A stretch of DNA of 64,000 nucleotides from Clostridiaceae bacterium (GCA_031549525.1 JAVBPQ010000060.1:6501-70500); one strand, 5' to 3'. Counted from the first letter of the stretch, positions 28,786 through 37,718 are shown. Program-made: numbers and translations. The notes: generated by a model not told the origin, from the letters alone.

Positions 28786-30078
28786 ATGATTGAAAATAGC
28801 TTAATGATTGAATTTAAGGGTGTTACAAAATACTTTAATATATATAAAAACAAGTCAAATTCTATTAAAGAGAGCTTTTTAAACACAGTTTTAAATAGAA
28901 ATAAGATGGAAATAAATAAAATCTCAGTTATAAAGGATACTTCTTTTAAAATATATAGAGGAGAAACTGTTGGAATAATAGGGGAAAATGGAACTGGTAA
29001 GAGCACCACTTTAAAGCTCATATCAAAGATATTATATCCTAATTCAGGAACTATAGAGGTCCACGGAACTATTGCGTCTCTTTTAGAAGTGGGAATAGGA
29101 TTTCAACATGATTTAACAGGGAGAGAAAATGTGTTTTTATATGGGTCAATTTTAGGATTAAAAAGAGAAGAAATTGAATCAAAATACGATGAAATAGTTA
29201 GATTTGCGGAGCTTGAAGAGTTTATGGACAGTGCTGTTAAAAATTACTCTTCTGGAATGTATATGAGACTCGCCTTTGCTGTAGCTACTTCAGTTGATCC
29301 TGATATACTTTTAGTGGATGAGGTATTATCCGTAGGAGATGCTTCTTTTCAGAAAAAGTGTATTGATAGAATATTAGACTTTAAAAATAGAGGAAAGACC
29401 ATAGTGTTTGTATCTCATGATATGTCTTCCATAAAGAAGATATGCACAAGGGTATTTTTTATAAAAAAGGGAGGATACTTTACTGAAGGAAATCCTGAAA
29501 AGATGATAGGTTTATATTTAAAATTAGTTAATGAAAATGTATTTAACAGAAATAAAAATGAAAAGGATGAAAGTTTAGAATTAAGAGAAGATATAAAATT
29601 TGATGTTCATAAAGCTTTAGAATTTTCAAATGACGATAAAAATGAAAGAGGAAATAAAAAACTTGAGATAACAAAAGCTTATTTTTCTGATGTAAATGGG
29701 CATATAAGAAATGTTTTTGAGCCTTCTGAGGATTTTAAAGTAAATATAGAGTTTAAGAAGAATGAAGATGTGAAATCTACAATTATAGAATTTGAAATAC
29801 TTACACCAGATGATTACTTAATGGTCTACAAATCTTCAAACCAAGATGGAATTGCAATTACAAATTTAAAAGATATTAATTTTGTTTCCATTTACATAAA
29901 GGATCCTGGACTTATTTCTTCAGATTATTATCTGTCCCTTTCTTTGACTAATGAATATGAAAGTCATGATGATAAAGAGATATATCATTATCAAAGGAAG
30001 CATTACATTTTTAACATAAAAGAGAATAAAATAAAAGAACAAGGAAAAATTAGAGTTGAATGTGACTGGGATTTTTAG
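28786..30078 (+). CDS. polysaccharide export ABC ATPase (Wzt/TagH-like) with a roughly 180-aa C-terminal extension
   Basis: Walker A GENGTGKST, signature YSSGMYMRL, Walker B LLVDEVL. The region after about residue 250 is a non-ABC domain. Confidence 0.8.
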   Translation: MIENSLMIEFKGVTKYFNIYKNKSNSIKESFLNTVLNRNKMEINKISVIKDTSFKIYRGETVGIIGENGTGKSTTLKLISKILYPNSGTIEVHGTIASLLEVGIGFQHDLTGRENVFLYGSILGLKREEIESKYDEIVRFAELEEFMDSAVKNYSSGMYMRLAFAVATSVDPDILLVDEVLSVGDASFQKKCIDRILDFKNRGKTIVFVSHDMSSIKKICTRVFFIKKGGYFTEGNPEKMIGLYLKLVNENVFNRNKNEKDESLELREDIKFDVHKALEFSNDDKNERGNKKLEITKAYFSDVNGHIRNVFEPSEDFKVNIEFKKNEDVKSTIIEFEILTPDDYLMVYKSSNQDGIAITNLKDINFVSIYIKDPGLISSDYYLSLSLTNEYESHDDKEIYHYQRKHYIFNIKENKIKEQGKIRVECDWDF

Positions 30079-30127
30079 CGAATACGTAGCATTTATAATA
30101 ATATTTGGATAAATGAGAGGATATAAA

Positions 30128-33100
30128 ATGAATCAAGATGATAGTTTATCAATTAAAGATACAGGTGAGAGATTTTTACCTTGGATTAACTCTAGTAATT
30201 GCTATTTAAGTACATTAATGCACTATGAACATTTATCACGATATTTTTTTGCAACGCAATTTTGCACAGATAAATATGTATTAGATGTTGCAAGTGGTGA
30301 AGGCTATGGGACTTTCATGTTATCAAAATGTGCAAAAAAGGTTGTTGGAGTTGATATAGATGAATCTGCAGTTAACCATGCAAAATCAAAATATAATGTT
30401 CAAAATATTGATTTTATATTGGCCTCTGCGACAGATATTCCTATTAGAGATGACCATATTTTTGATGTCATTGTTTCTTTTGAAACCATTGAGCATATAC
30501 ATGAACAGGAAAAAATGTTATTTGAGATAAAGAGGCTTTTAAAAGAAGATGGTATTTTTGTTGTATCGACTCCTAATAAGGTTGTATTTTCTAAAGCATC
30601 TTGTGAAAATCCATTTCATGTAAAAGAGTTAGATTTTAAAGATTTTGAAGCATTGTTAAAAGTTTATTTTAACAATTGCTTATTTTTTGGGCAACGTTAT
30701 TTTCCAACAACTTCAATATGGTCATTAGATGAAGATATAAACCTTCTTAAGAGTGAACAGATTAAAAATGTTGATGATGTTTTTATAAAAGCAGATAAAG
30801 ATGAAAAAAAACCATTATATTATATAGCAATAGCTAGAAATTCTAAGATTAATTTTAAGATAAATAATTTTAATTTAATCGATATATCAGATGCTATTGT
30901 TACTAATCTTGCAAAAGATATTGAAAATCGTGAGAAGTTACTAGATGAGTTTAGAGATGCAATTAGTCAAAAAGATAATTATATAAATGGTTTGGATTTT
31001 ATTATAAAAGATAAGGATAAATACATAAGTGATTTAGGTCTAGTTATAAAAGATAAAGATAGACATATAAGCGACTTAAATGATTATTTAAATCAATTTA
31101 AAGAGCATATAAAAACATTAGAAGATATCAATAATAAGCTTAAAGAAGGAAATTTTGATAATTTTAAAGCTTATGTTGCAAATACGCTTTCAGAAATATT
31201 TAATATACATATTGACAATTCTAATGTTGAAGAAAAATTTAAAGATGAAATGCTCTATATGAGGGGCTATATACATGATTTAAATATTAAATGCAATGAG
31301 TTATATCAAATCAAAAACTCCACATCCTATAGAATGTATTCAAAAATTTACAAGATATCCGATAAGATGTTGCCTCAAGGAAGCAGGCGAAGAAGGTTTA
31401 CTAAAAGAGTCTTAAAGTTAAGGCATATATTTAATCCTAAATATATAAAGAAAGGATTTGTATACTTAAAGAAAAATGGTTTAAGAAATACCATGACTAA
31501 AGTAGTAGATTTTACATCTCCTAGTAAAGTAGATATTGATAATATATATGATATTTGGATTAAAAATCATGAACCTTTAGATAAAGAGCTTAGTAATCAA
31601 AGAGATCATAAATTCAATATTTCTCCACTTATCAGCATAATTGTACCAACTTATAATACTCCCTTAGAATTTTTAAGCGATATGATTAAATCTGTTGAAG
31701 CTCAAACTTATACTAACTGGGAGCTATGTATTGCAGATGGCTTAAGCATAAATAAAACTGAAATAGAGGAATTATTAAAAGAAAATAAAAAAATAAAATA
31801 TGTAATGCTTAATAAAAACTTAGGCATAGCTCAAAATTCAAATGCTGCCTTATCCCTTGCAACTGGAGATTACATTGCACTTTTAGACCATGATGATACC
31901 CTTGCTCCTTTTGCGCTATATGAGGTGGTGAATTCAATCAATAACAATCCTAATGCTGATTTTATCTATAGCGATGAAGATAAATTTGAAAAATTAGATG
32001 GAAAGAGATTTGAGCCCCATTTTAAACCAGATTTCTCTCCTGATACACTAAGAAGCTATAATTATATCTGTCATTTAGCTGTTATTAAAAGTGATATAAT
32101 AAAAAAAGTTGGAGGATTTAGAGATGGTTATGAAGGGAGTCAAGACCATGATTTATTTTTAAGAGTAGCTAAAGAATCAAACAGCATAGTTCATATACCT
32201 AAAGTATTATATCATTGGCGATGCCATCCCAATTCTGTAGCAAAAGATGGCACGTCTAAAAATTATGCTTTTGAATCAGGAAGAAAAGCTATTGAAGATA
32301 GCCTAAATATGAAGGCATCTGTATTTCAAGGGGCTTTTTTAGGAAGCTATAGAGTAAAGTATGAGATAGATGATAATCCTAAGGTTTCTATAATAATACC
32401 TAATAAGAATCATTATAAGATACTATCAACCTGTATAAATTCAATTCTTACAAAATCATCTTACAAAAATTATGAGATCATTATTGTGGAAAATGGTTCA
32501 ACAGATGAGGAGATATTCAACTATTATGAAGAGCTTAAAAAATATGATAATATAAAGATTTTAAATTATGAAAAAGAGTTTAACTATTCTTGTGTCAATA
32601 ATTTTGGAACAGATCATAGCAGTGGAGAGTATGTGGTATTCCTAAATAACGATATAGAAATAATTACCCATAATTGGATTGAAGGAATGTTGGAAAATGC
32701 ATCAAGAGATGAAATTGGGTTTGTTGGTGTAAAATTGTTATATCCTAATAACATAATTCAGCACTCTGGAGTAGTAATTGGGCTTTTTGGTTTTGCAGAG
32801 CATATATGTAATGGAATAGCAGAAGGTAAAAATGAATCTCTATATTATTGTAAGTATCTAACTGATACTATAAGAAATGTAAGTGCTGTAACTGGAGCAT
32901 GCATGATGATAAATAAGAAGAAATTTTATGAAATAGGTAGATTTGATGAGAATTTTATCCTATGCGGAAGCGATGTTGATATATGTATAAATGCTATGAA
33001 GCATGGATATTTAAATATATATACGCCATTTGTGAAGCATTATCATCACGAGAGTTATACTAGAAAGGATAGTAAAATACCAAAGATAGATATTGAGTTA

Positions 33101-33199
33101 AGCAAAATATCATATAAAAAATATATTGAAGGCGGAGATCCCTATTATAGTATCAATTTAGATTATAATTCCAAGCTGCCTGCTATTTCTAAAAATTAG
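30128..33199 (+). CDS. multidomain glycan synthase: class I SAM methyltransferase, coiled-coil, GT2, GT2 (WsaE-like architecture)
   Basis: MT motif I VLDVASGEGYG. An E/K/D-rich heptad region spans about 30875-31310. GT2 domain 1 has ISIIVPTYN...LLDHDD, and GT2 domain 2 has VSIIIPNKN...FLNNDIE. I place the start at the ATG behind GAGAGGA. Confidence 0.75.
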   Translation: MNQDDSLSIKDTGERFLPWINSSNCYLSTLMHYEHLSRYFFATQFCTDKYVLDVASGEGYGTFMLSKCAKKVVGVDIDESAVNHAKSKYNVQNIDFILASATDIPIRDDHIFDVIVSFETIEHIHEQEKMLFEIKRLLKEDGIFVVSTPNKVVFSKASCENPFHVKELDFKDFEALLKVYFNNCLFFGQRYFPTTSIWSLDEDINLLKSEQIKNVDDVFIKADKDEKKPLYYIAIARNSKINFKINNFNLIDISDAIVTNLAKDIENREKLLDEFRDAISQKDNYINGLDFIIKDKDKYISDLGLVIKDKDRHISDLNDYLNQFKEHIKTLEDINNKLKEGNFDNFKAYVANTLSEIFNIHIDNSNVEEKFKDEMLYMRGYIHDLNIKCNELYQIKNSTSYRMYSKIYKISDKMLPQGSRRRRFTKRVLKLRHIFNPKYIKKGFVYLKKNGLRNTMTKVVDFTSPSKVDIDNIYDIWIKNHEPLDKELSNQRDHKFNISPLISIIVPTYNTPLEFLSDMIKSVEAQTYTNWELCIADGLSINKTEIEELLKENKKIKYVMLNKNLGIAQNSNAALSLATGDYIALLDHDDTLAPFALYEVVNSINNNPNADFIYSDEDKFEKLDGKRFEPHFKPDFSPDTLRSYNYICHLAVIKSDIIKKVGGFRDGYEGSQDHDLFLRVAKESNSIVHIPKVLYHWRCHPNSVAKDGTSKNYAFESGRKAIEDSLNMKASVFQGAFLGSYRVKYEIDDNPKVSIIIPNKNHYKILSTCINSILTKSSYKNYEIIIVENGSTDEEIFNYYEELKKYDNIKILNYEKEFNYSCVNNFGTDHSSGEYVVFLNNDIEIITHNWIEGMLENASRDEIGFVGVKLLYPNNIIQHSGVVIGLFGFAEHICNGIAEGKNESLYYCKYLTDTIRNVSAVTGACMMINKKKFYEIGRFDENFILCGSDVDICINAMKHGYLNIYTPFVKHYHHESYTRKDSKIPKIDIELSKISYKKYIEGGDPYYSINLDYNSKLPAISKN
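30998..31081 (+). repeat. two tandem 42-nt (14-codon) units inside the coiled-coil segment
   Basis: FIIKDKDKYISDLG / LVIKDKDRHISDLN. The nucleotide units at 30998-31039 and 31040-31081 are clearly related. Confidence 0.7.
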
Positions 33200-33210
33200 G
33201 AGGTTGAATT

Positions 33211-34416
33211 TTGATTAATAAAATAAAAGATAAAGCTAAACATTGGTTATTTGAAGAAAAATTAAGGCACGATATACAGAATGTTTTAAATTTTACAGAA
33301 TGGTTTAGTTATACCAATGAAGATATTGTATTTTCTAAAGAGCTTCTTACCCAAAGCTTAGATAGTAAGATAAATAATATAAACTGGCTTGTGGTTAATT
33401 TTAATCATCCTTATGGTGGAGTTTTTACTATATTTAGAGCTGCTGATTATTTAGAATCTAAAGGGTATAACAATAAAATTATCATATATGACAATCCTAA
33501 TTTCGATATTAAAAGTAAAATAGATAGTATTAAAGAATATTTTTCTAATTTAAAAGAAGAAAATTTTATTTCCCTAAAAAATGGTATGGATGATATTCCT
33601 GATTCAGATATAGCTATTGCTACCTTTTGGACATCTTGTTTTTATCTTTTAAAACTAAGGAATACTAGGAAGAAGTTTTATTTTATTCAGGACTTTGAAC
33701 CAGGATTTTATCCTCCAGATTCAACTTATGCTATTGTAGAAGATACTTATAGATTTCCATTTCATAGGATATATAATACAGAAGGGCTTAGCAAATATAT
33801 AGAAACTAACTATGAAAATAAAGGAGTTAAGAGTATGTATTTTAACCCTGCTGTAGATGATAGATATTTATATAAGCCAAAAGAGCTTATTTATCCTGTA
33901 AAGGTGTTATTTTATGGCAGACCATCTACACCACGAAATGGGTTTGAACTGATAATTTCCTTTATTATAAAAGTAAAACAAAAGTATGGTGATAAGATTG
34001 AATTTTATAGTGCTGGTGAAAACTATGATATGGATAAGCTTGGATTAAAAGAATTTAAACATCATATTAAATATTGTGGGATAGTTCCTTATAAAGAGTT
34101 ACCAGAATTTTATTCTAGGTTCCATTTTATGATTTCATTTATGTTCACAAAACATCCTTCTTATATACCTTTTGAAGGTATGGCTACTGGCAGTGTTATA
34201 ATTGCAAATTATAATGAGTATAATACATGGTTTTTTAAAAATAAAGAAAACAGCATCTTTGTAAGCCCTTCAATAAATCTTATGATGAGTGAGTTTGAAG
34301 AGGTTTTAAATAATCCTCAATTATATCTTAAGCTACATAAGAGCGGAAGAGAGACTGTAAAAAAATATAATTGGCAAGATGAAATGGAAAAAATAAATAA
34401 ATTTATTCAAAATTGA
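33211..34416 (+). CDS. GT-B-type glycosyltransferase (call is mostly contextual), possibly WsaF-like rhamnosyltransferase family
   Basis: 401 aa. The size and the position directly after the MT/GT2/GT2 gene parallel wsaE-wsaF. TTG start 6 nt after AGGAGG. The family call is from memory of N-terminal features (NWLVVNFNHPYGGVFTIFR) and needs a search. Confidence 0.55.
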   Translation: MINKIKDKAKHWLFEEKLRHDIQNVLNFTEWFSYTNEDIVFSKELLTQSLDSKINNINWLVVNFNHPYGGVFTIFRAADYLESKGYNNKIIIYDNPNFDIKSKIDSIKEYFSNLKEENFISLKNGMDDIPDSDIAIATFWTSCFYLLKLRNTRKKFYFIQDFEPGFYPPDSTYAIVEDTYRFPFHRIYNTEGLSKYIETNYENKGVKSMYFNPAVDDRYLYKPKELIYPVKVLFYGRPSTPRNGFELIISFIIKVKQKYGDKIEFYSAGENYDMDKLGLKEFKHHIKYCGIVPYKELPEFYSRFHFMISFMFTKHPSYIPFEGMATGSVIIANYNEYNTWFFKNKENSIFVSPSINLMMSEFEEVLNNPQLYLKLHKSGRETVKKYNWQDEMEKINKFIQN

Positions 34417-34489
34417 ACAAAACGATTCCATTTGAGGAAATGATTTAATAATTTGTAACATATTTGGTTTTTGAATAATATAATACAGT

Positions 34490-34961
34490 GTAACTATCGA
34501 ATGATAGCAAAATGATAACCTTAAGAGAAAAGACAATATTTATAAAGATATAGAATTTTCATGATATTGTGATTATGTTGGACAATAGGACCTCCAGAAA
34601 TTTATAAAGACATCTAGTTCCTTGAGGTGAATTGGACCTCAAAGAGCTAGATGAGCTAGGTATAAAGGCTACAAGACCTCAGGACTTAAAGGTGATTCAG
34701 CACCTTAAGGTAAGATGCTCAAATATATTTTAAACATCAGAGGATATAAAATAAGCTTTGGTCAAAACTATTGAGTAGTCTAAGAGTTTTACCTCAACAT
34801 AAGTATATTTCAATTTAATAATAATAAATTTGCTCATACGATAAAAAAAGTGTAAAGCAAAGGGTTTTAAAAAATAAATTAACTAAAAGAACGAAAATAA
34901 AAAATCATATTATTCATACTAGTTTTAACAGTATAGGTTATTTTTACCTATACTGTTTTTT
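34490..34961 (+). ncRNA. candidate non-coding transcript (class unknown) ending at a strong terminator
   Basis: No ORF of 20 codons or more exists on the + strand. Two stable hairpins lie at 34611-34653 (about 17 bp with one mismatch) and 34684-34711. A possible promoter is TTGTAA-17-TAATAT at about 34453-34481. The 5' boundary is a guess. Confidence 0.25.
34927..34961 (+). terminator. intrinsic terminator about 510 nt downstream of the last glycan gene
   Basis: Perfect 12-bp stem AACAGTATAGGT / ACCTATACTGTT followed by TTTTTT. Confidence 0.8.
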
Positions 34962-34979
34962 AATTTGATTTTTATATAA

Positions 34980-35008
34980 TTGACTGCAATTTACAAAATT
35001 GATATTAT
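34980..35008 (+). promoter_or_regulatory. sigma-A type promoter for the MATE gene
   Basis: TTGACT, a 17-nt spacer, then TATTAT. Confidence 0.5.
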
Positions 35009-35118
35009 TAAAATTAAGACAAGCAATCTTACAGAAGTCTTGATGATATTTTAAAATTTATTACCTTATATGTTATATACTTGAAATAAATAATATTTTA
35101 GTGAATGGGGCGGTTTAA

Positions 35119-36534
35119 ATGGAACAAGGAAAAGTAATAAAAATAAAAGAGGGATTGAGCCCTGGAGAAATAAGGATGGGCACCGACAAGATAAGTACTT
35201 TAGTATTTAAATACTCTCTACCTACTATTATCGGCATGTTAGTGAATTCTCTTTATAATACAGTGGATAGGATATGGGTTGCAAAGATACCAGAGGTTGG
35301 TAGTTTAGCCCTTTCAGGTATTGGAGTTTGCATGCCTATAATGAATATATCATTGGGCTTTTCAATGCTTGTAGGAATTGGGGCAGCAGCTTCCATATCT
35401 ATAAGTTTAGGAAAAAAGGATAGAGAAAGGGCAGAAAATATACTTGGAAATAGTTTATCATTAATCCTACTAATAAGCATCTTATTTACCGTTATAGGAC
35501 TTATATCTGCAGAAGGCTTGCTTAGATTGATGGGAGCAAGTGAAATTACATTGCCTTATGCTCTTCCATACACTATTGTAATATTTTTAGGAAGTATTTT
35601 TTCTATGGCATCTTTTGCATTAAACCACCCTATAAGAGCTGCAGGAAATCCAATGATGTTTGCAAGAACTCAATTAGTTGGAGGTATTGCTAATATAATA
35701 TTAGATCCTATTTTCATTTTTAATTTTAAACTTGGTATTGCAGGAGCTGCCATTGCTACTGTTATTTCTCAGATTATATCCCTTGGGCTTGTGCTATCAT
35801 ATTATTTTTCAAAAAAATCTTCACTTAAGTTTAGATTAAAGGGTTTAAGAATAAAATTAGATATCGTTAAATCAATTTTTTCTATTGGAATATCACCTTT
35901 TTTAATGCAGATAGTAGGAAGCATAATAGTAATTGTTGTAAATAGAAGCCTTTTCTATTATGGAAATATCGAGTTTGGAACACAAGGAGGAGATTTGGCA
36001 ATAGGAGCCATGACTGTTATAAATAGCATAGCAATGCTTTTTTTAATGCCTGTATTTGGAATAAATCAAGGAACACAGCCAATTATTGGATATAATTATG
36101 GGGCAGGAAATTATAAAAGAGTTAAGGATGCATTAAAATGGTCCATCATTTATGCCATGGCTATAAATGCATTTGGATTTGTTATAATTGAAATATTTGC
36201 TGAGTTTTTAATCAAGATGTTTAATTCTGATCCAATTCTTATAAATATAGGATCAAGAGGTATGAGGATATTCCTTTTTATGATAGTCATAATTGGATTT
36301 CAGGTTCCTGCATCTAACTTTTTTCAAGCTATTGGCAGAGCAAAAATTGCAGTATTCTTAAGCCTGTTGAGGCAGGTTATAATACTCATACCAGCTTATA
36401 TTATACTTCCTAGAATATTTGGCTTTATGGGCATATGGTATTGTGGACCTGTTGCAGATTTTATAGCTTCCATAATAACTTGCATATTGTTAGTTAGAGA
36501 ATTAAATATTTTAAAAAAGCAATTAAGTCCATAA
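35119..36534 (+). CDS. MATE family efflux transporter
   Basis: 471 aa, 12 TM segments. N-terminal P.I.GML..SLYN.VDRIWV pattern typical of MATE/NorM. Confidence 0.8.
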   Translation: MEQGKVIKIKEGLSPGEIRMGTDKISTLVFKYSLPTIIGMLVNSLYNTVDRIWVAKIPEVGSLALSGIGVCMPIMNISLGFSMLVGIGAAASISISLGKKDRERAENILGNSLSLILLISILFTVIGLISAEGLLRLMGASEITLPYALPYTIVIFLGSIFSMASFALNHPIRAAGNPMMFARTQLVGGIANIILDPIFIFNFKLGIAGAAIATVISQIISLGLVLSYYFSKKSSLKFRLKGLRIKLDIVKSIFSIGISPFLMQIVGSIIVIVVNRSLFYYGNIEFGTQGGDLAIGAMTVINSIAMLFLMPVFGINQGTQPIIGYNYGAGNYKRVKDALKWSIIYAMAINAFGFVIIEIFAEFLIKMFNSDPILINIGSRGMRIFLFMIVIIGFQVPASNFFQAIGRAKIAVFLSLLRQVIILIPAYIILPRIFGFMGIWYCGPVADFIASIITCILLVRELNILKKQLSP

Positions 36535-36594
36535 TCAATATAAAAATTGGAAAACATGGTTTAAAATACAAGATCTTTTTGGAGGGCTAAATCA

Positions 36595-36623
36595 TTGATT
36601 AAATATTTGCAATATGCTAATAT
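36595..36623 (+). promoter_or_regulatory. sigma-A type promoter of the dha operon
   Basis: TTGATT, a 17-nt spacer, then TAATAT. Confidence 0.45.
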
Positions 36624-36658
36624 TTAATCAAATGGAGAAAGGCAGAGAATTTGAGTCG

Positions 36659-36706
36659 CCAAAACAAATCGCATTTTGCATTTGTTGTGGTGCTTTTTAT
36701 TATTTT
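36659..36706 (+). promoter_or_regulatory. terminator-like hairpin plus U-tract inside the dhaK leader (possible attenuator)
   Basis: CCAAAACAAATCGCA / TGCATTTGTTGTGG (one mismatch, one bulge) is followed by TGCTTTTTATTATTTT, ending 17 nt before the dhaK ATG. Confidence 0.45.
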
Positions 36707-36722
36707 GAGAGGAGTGTTAAAA

Positions 36723-37718
36723 ATGAAAAAAGTTTTAAATGATCCTAAAAATGTAGTTGATGAAATGCTTAAAGGTTTGGTTTGTGCTTATCCTGATGAG
36801 GTTGAAAGAATTGAAAATTTTGATGTAATTACAAGAAAAAACAAAAAAAAATCAAAGGTTGCTCTTGTAAGTGGAGGAGGTTCTGGACATGAGCCTTCAC
36901 ATGCCGGTTTTGTAGGGGAAGGAATGCTTGATGCTGCTGTATGCGGTGCTGTTTTTACCTCTCCAACTCCAGATCAGGTTTTTGAAGCTATAAAGGCAGT
37001 AGATGCAGGAAGTGGAGTGCTTCTTATCATAAAAAACTATACAGGAGACGTTATGAACTTTGAAATGGCTATGGAACTTGCTGAAGCTGAGGGAATAGAA
37101 GTTCAAAAGGTTGTAATAGATGATGATGTTGCTGTAGAAAACAGCACCTGGACTGTAGGAAGAAGAGGTATTGCAGGTACTATATTTTTGCACAAGATAG
37201 CAGGGGCAAAGGCAGAGTCAGGAGCAAGCCTTGATGAAGTAAGGGAAGTTGGGGAGAAGGTTGTAAAGAATGTTCGCAGCATGGGAATAGCTCTATCACC
37301 TTGTATTGTACCTGAAGCTGGAAAACCTAACTTTACTTTAGCTGAAGATGAAATGGAAATTGGCCTTGGAATACATGGTGAGCCAGGAGTTGAAAGAGGA
37401 AAATTAAAATCAGCAGATGAAATAACAGAACTTTTACTTAATAAAATAATGAACGATATGGATTTAAAAGCTGGTAATGAAGTTTGTGTTCTTGTAAATG
37501 GTTTAGGCTCAACTCCTTTAATGGAACTCTTTGTTGTAAATAAAAAGGTTAATGAGATTTTAAATGAAAAATCAGTGAAGATACATAAAACTTTAGTGGG
37601 TGAATATATGACATCCATTGAAATGGCAGGATTTTCTATCTCTTTATTAAAATTAGATGATGAACTTAAAGAATTGTATGATGCTAAGGCAAATACTGTG
37701 GCATTTAAACAGTTTTAG
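36723..37718 (+). CDS. dhaK: dihydroxyacetone kinase subunit DhaK
   Basis: VSGGGSGHEPSHAGFVG and GAVFTSP motifs. I place the start at the ATG behind GAGAGGAG. The track start 36651 (TTG) would translate the leader hairpin. Confidence 0.85.
   Translation: MKKVLNDPKNVVDEMLKGLVCAYPDEVERIENFDVITRKNKKKSKVALVSGGGSGHEPSHAGFVGEGMLDAAVCGAVFTSPTPDQVFEAIKAVDAGSGVLLIIKNYTGDVMNFEMAMELAEAEGIEVQKVVIDDDVAVENSTWTVGRRGIAGTIFLHKIAGAKAESGASLDEVREVGEKVVKNVRSMGIALSPCIVPEAGKPNFTLAEDEMEIGLGIHGEPGVERGKLKSADEITELLLNKIMNDMDLKAGNEVCVLVNGLGSTPLMELFVVNKKVNEILNEKSVKIHKTLVGEYMTSIEMAGFSISLLKLDDELKELYDAKANTVAFKQF

Noticed and set aside
34333-34536. 67-aa minus-strand ORF at the start of the gene-less locus.
   Set aside because: It overlaps the 3' end of the glycosyltransferase gene antisense. 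It has no RBS, and its hydrophobic, low-complexity translation is typical of AT-rich antisense frames.
34622-34642. TwoAYGGAY-type RNA motif in the hairpin loops of the non-coding locus.
   Set aside because: The loop reads GAATTGG/ATTGGAC rather than AYGGAY, and the second hairpin loop (ATTCAG) does not match either.
36651-36722. Track ORF start (TTG 36651) that adds 24 residues to DhaK.
   Set aside because: The extension translates the leader hairpin and U-tract. The conserved DhaK N-terminus starts at the ATG 36723, which has a proper RBS.
37103-37618. 171-aa and 98-aa minus-strand ORFs inside dhaK. Similar antisense ORFs are listed in the track at 511..744, 3685..3870, 12944..13159, 22485..23090, 24275..24676 and 61427..61801.
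   Set aside because: All lie opposite well-supported genes, lack an RBS and have low-complexity composition. They are shadow ORFs.
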